The translations under genes and the position numbers were made by a program. A model generated the notes under the pieces. That model did no database searches, was not told where the DNA came from, and saw only the letters and a list, made by a program, of their open reading frames with translations. From Takakia lepidozioides (lineage: Eukaryota; Plantae; Bryophyta), in contig CM060731.1 of NCBI GenBank assembly GCA_030704615.1, positions 36,270,001 to 36,334,000 of the forward strand: DNA of 64,000 nucleotides. The letters run 5' to 3'. Of this stretch, positions 60,001-64,000 are shown in pieces. Position 1 is the stretch's first letter, and each line of letters starts with the position of its first letter.

Positions 60001-62162
60001 AAGATCTGCACGCCTTGGCAGAAGAGAAGAGAAAGGAAAGACGTGTCCCTGCTGGGCCAAAGTCGGCAAAGGAATCTGCTGCTCTGGAAGAATCCAGAAA
60101 GGCAGCTGAGATGGCACAAAAGACGGTGGATGCAGCTGTGCAGGCCCAACAGAAGGGGTCGAAGAAGAGGACTCGCCAGCAAGGAGCAGCTGTTGTGACA
60201 CCCGCCAAAACGAAGAAGCAGAAACAGCCTGTTCAGGAAGAGGGTGAGGAAGAGGACTCCGATGGAGACTTTGCAACCAGCCCACCCCCCCAAACGCAGG
60301 CTGCCTCCCCTGTGCCCACCGTTGTCACCAGAGGCACGAGAACTGGCTCGGCAAAGAAGGCACTCTTCAACCCCCAGGGGGGCACCCTTTCGAGCCGGTG
60401 GAAATGAAGAGGCCGAAAGTGGCTCCCGAAACTGTAGTCCAGTGTGTAAATGAGAGTTTCTTGGCGGCTTTGGATGGACGGGCAGCCAAGTTGGCATACA
60501 TGAAGACCATGGAGGGTCTGAAGGGCAGAGCACTGAAGAAGGCGACTGCCGAAGAGCCTTCCGACACCCCAGGATTTCAGAATATGTCTCGTTCTTTGAG
60601 AGGGTGTGTGCAGACAAGGATTGTGGAGGGGCGGAAATGCCACCGAGTGGTCTTGCGATATGATCATCTTGGATATTCCGGACGGAGAGCCTGTGGAAGG
60701 ACTGCAAGCTTTGCCATCTTGGAACAGGTACTCGGAGGACTTTTGGAAGAAAGGATTCGGGCTTGCCCGCATGGTGTTGGACGACAGAGGCTGTGTGGTT
60801 GTCCTGGCGAGCAGAGGAAAAAACACTCAGACAGGAATTGCGAAGTGGACCCGCAAGAGCGCCGTCCCGATTCTGAAAAAGAAGTGGACGTGCATCAACA
60901 CACTGGGCCTTCGGTCGGAAGGGAAGAAGGTGATTACGACACTGGCACTCGTCCATTCATTTGCTTGGGTGCTTTCAAATGCGGTGCCGCATTCGGTTTC
61001 TAATCGTTTTCCCCTGTGTATGCAGACGAAGCAGTTCGATGCATACTGCTTTGTGAAGGAAAACTCCACCTTTGCTTTCCGGAAGGAGGGAGGAAAGGTT
61101 GACCCGAACTGCGACCCACTCGATTACGACGTTCTGTTCAACAACGTTCCCAAGGAACTTCTCCCTCATAGCCTCACTTCAACGGAACCCCTGCGGTACT
61201 CACGGACTCGGAGCCCTGCGTTCATTCAGACAATTATGGAGACATGCACAGACGTGGAGGGCACAGTGCTGGACCTCATCTGTGGGACAGGTATGCAGAA
61301 TCTTGATCTCTGCTGTTCTGCAAATTCTCGTTAGGATGTAGTTCGCAACATCTGAAGCGCCATGTGGTAATGTGTGGATGGCATTGTAACAGGTGCCTCA
61401 ATGTGGGCTGGGCGGTTTTCCGACCGGCACCTCTTTGCCTACGAGGAGGATTCATCCGTGTGGGGATCCCATCTGGAGGGGCTGCAACGGAATGTGAAGG
61501 CTCCCGACAGAGCGGAAGTCTCCTCGGATTCGTCGGAGTCCGAGGAAGACACAGTGGACATTGATGCAGAGGAGAACCCGGAATACGAGTGAGTGCAAAC
61601 ATTGTAAGTTTGCAAAGCCTTCTGGGTCATTTATGTCAAAGGAATTTCACGACTGTGGTTCTCATTAGTCTCGTTGATGATTGTCATGTGCAGGATTGCA
61701 GGGTCCGGGTCGAAACATGTAGGGCCTACACTTCCTGCCAGGAAGAATGTCCCGTTCTTTGCGAGGGCCGACTTCATGACGAGCCCGGTGAGGGACTACT
61801 CCCTTCCTAGTTATGCAGCTAAACTCGCAAATACAGCGATTAGAAGAAGTGAGAATCCCAGTAAAGTAGAGCAGATTTTGGAGAGGGCTAGGGAGGACAG
61901 AAGGATAAGGAAAGAGTTGGCAGCAGCTCAGACAGGTAGACGGGTACGAAAGTACATATGTGATTCAGCGGATGAGAGCGACGCAGACAGGGAGGAAGAC
62001 GACCCAACGGAGGTGAGATGGACAGTTCCGCAAGGGGAAGATGGGATTTTCGAAAGCCTGGCCAACGAGCAGTCCGCCGGAGATGAGAGAGGCACTGAGG
62101 GGGTGGAGGAGGAGCAGGACAGTCTAGAACAGGATGAGGATTCCGATGATTTTCAAGATTAA
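57050..62162 (+). pseudogene. Multi-exon gene: ParB/Srx-like domain + beta-class (N6A/N4C) DNA methyltransferase fold + acidic tail; frameshifted
   Basis: RIPLCRM..VRQALPGDVDKLKFAF..GY and FFVWDGNHRLLAW (~58335). CDMIILDIPDG (motif IV-like, ~60672). RSPAFIQTIMETCTDVEGTVLDLICGT|intron|GASMWAGRFSDRHLFAYEED (motifs X-I-II). GT-AG introns, e.g. 58487-58597 and 61291-61393. Frameshifts near 57900, 58255 and 60400-60620. Confidence 0.72.
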
Positions 62163-62350
62163 TAGAATTTTAATGAAGTCTCTGTAAATGTAAATTCTCT
62201 TCCAGAGTATATAAAGAAAATTCTGCCCGACATTCGTGACCCCTCTCCAGTGTGCATTCCAGCCACACAATCGCCCAAACCAGGACGCTCCCAAAATCAG
62301 AAATGGGTCAGGGCATTTCCAAAATTTTGGCAACTCTAAGAACCTCTTTT

Positions 62351-63135
62351 GGAAATGCGGCACCGCATTTCCAAAACAGGGGAGGGACTAATTTTTCCAT
62401 TTCAATGTTGGCATAGTAAAAAGTAATCTTAATTGGGAATGCGGTGCCGCATTTCCAAAATTTCCTTTGTCCACACGCCAGTTTTGGCCTCTCCCGCTCA
62501 TTGCATGGATGCCACCACGCTTACAGAGGTCGAACAAGGAGGTCGAACAAGGAGGCCGACATGGCGGGATTGGAAATGCGGTGCCGCATTTCCATATTGG
62601 GGATGGTGGTTGTTCGAACTGCAGACCCATCAGCAAAAACTGGCACCGCATTCCATTGTAAAAAAAAAGTCGATGACGGACATGGAAATGCGGCGCCGCA
62701 TTTCCAGAACGGACATCGCAATTTGTCAATTTGCAGACCCTCTCTCGGAAATGCGGTAACGCATTCCATCGCGCAAGTCGGAAATAGGTGCACTTTTCGA
62801 AGTGTTGGACGGAAATGCGGCACCGCATTCCCTTGTCCAAAAAGAAGTTTCCATTGCCAAGCTGGAAATGCGTCGCCACATTTGCCATGCCAACCTCGTT
62901 TTCTGATCAATTTATAGACCCGTGTTGGTATTTCGTGTACCTGGACGGAAATGATGCACCGCATTTTCTTGTCCCACATGGAAATGCGGTGCCGAATTTC
63001 GATGTCCGACATGGAAATGCGGTGCCGAATTTCGATGTCCGACATGGAAATGCGGTGCCGCATTTCGATGTCCGACATGGAAATGCTGTGCCGCATTTCG
63101 ATGCGGACATGGAAATGCGGCACCGCATTTCAATG
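62351..63135. repeat. Second cluster of the same palindrome (~14 copies), ending in a 33-bp tandem array
   Basis: Copies near 62351, 62435, 62572, 62684, 62747, 62811 and 62864, then 62947, 62980, 63013, 63046, 63079 and 63111. Confidence 0.93.
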
Positions 63136-63435
63136 TCCGACATGGCGTTACTCTGGTATATTCTTGACACATGACTCACATACCGGTTACTCTGCTTTAT
63201 TCAACCAGACAGACAAATTGTAGAAATGAGACATCAAATTGTAAACAGTGGGCCAAATCCGAGAGTTATTCAACACAATGAAACACAGTCATACAGAAGT
63301 GAGGTACATTCCAGGGCACAGTCACTGCCAGGTGGGCCGATAGCCACTGGACACGACGAAGTCCATCCCCTCTTCGATGTAAATGCGGCGCCGAATTTCC
63401 ATCCGGGGGGATGGACTTCGGTGGCAGATCTCAAA

Positions 63436-63951
63436 CTATAACTTGTTGATGAGAAAGATGTATGGGTTCATCCACCGCTGGCGTGATGAACACGTTCCAC
63501 CTCCGTCGGTGGGTACGTGTGACCCAGATGCTCCATTTTGGAGGCCGGACTGCTCTTCCGCTTCGTATCTTTTCCAAAATCTAAGGGCTTCGTAGCTGTC
63601 CGCAAGGTCATCGGCATCCAAGTCGTCCTCAGGTCCTCCTTTGCAAGGATGCCGTGCTTCCGGAACCGGGACGACTGCCCCTTTGGAGGCATCGATTATG
63701 CAATGTATTCGGCCACATCGGGAGACATTGTTATCTGGTACACAGATTACACAGAAGATACTGGTTCGATTGTGGAAACATTGGTGGCTTTTGAGTATAT
63801 CGTAGGCCACTACGCCTTCGAGCGGGGTGACGATCTTGGTTTGAGGAGTCCGTGGCTCCTGCGCATCCTCGATTCCGATTTTCCCAGCTACGACGGTCAC
63901 CCATGCAGAAGAAGGCGCACTGCTATGCTGTTGCGGTGGAACTGCTGCCAC
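63436..63951 (-). other. ORF of unknown function, possibly the 3' part of a third gene in the element
   Basis: 171-aa open frame near the window edge; no recognised motif. Confidence 0.25.
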
Positions 63952-64000
63952 TGGACGTGGGTGGACTCCATCGGAGAGACCTATTCTCCTCGAGGAGTGC

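Larger units (their letters stand above)
50080..64000. mobile_element. Large Mutator-like element carrying a ParB-like/amino-methyltransferase gene and palindrome arrays (right end outside the window; left end approximate)
   Basis: Sequence character changes at ~50080 with CATGAGC repeats. The shared GGAAATGCGG-NN-CCGCATTTCC motif runs from 50200 to 63400. Contains a MULE-type transposase. Confidence 0.75.

Noticed and set aside
57050-62162. Bacterial or phage contamination as the source of the ParB/MTase-like gene
   Set aside because: The gene has GT-AG introns (one splits MTase motif I), adjoins a eukaryotic MULE transposase and is contiguous with plant sequence.

Overview
Nuclear DNA of a land plant, probably seed-free and moss-like (inferred from the PLS-DYW PPR style and the TE families). 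Host genes: a multi-exon SRP72 gene (-), three PLS-class DYW PPR RNA-editing genes (9255-12530 -, 31253-33961 -, 36780-39395 +), and pseudogene fragments (DGK, BAHD, OSB-type PDF-motif exons). Most of the rest is transposable elements. (1) A 1.4-kb PIF/Harbinger-type element. (2) A 16.4-kb Mutator-like element (13200-29643; ~1.2-kb TIRs, 9-bp TSD) containing a nested, 5'-truncated Ty3/gypsy retroelement whose polyprotein carries a DNMT3-like C5 DNA methyltransferase and a PHD finger. (3) A second large Mutator-like element (~50080 to beyond the window end). It has a GCM-like/DDE/SWIM transposase and a divergent gene joining a ParB/Srx-like domain to a beta-class amino-methyltransferase fold. 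Between the two genes lie ~30 copies of a 22-bp palindrome at 53-bp spacing, and the same palindrome recurs in the cargo gene's introns and downstream. Element (3) is the best candidate for an undescribed system. Both methyltransferase-bearing copies carry frameshifts or stops. All domain calls come from motif recognition by eye, without database searches.
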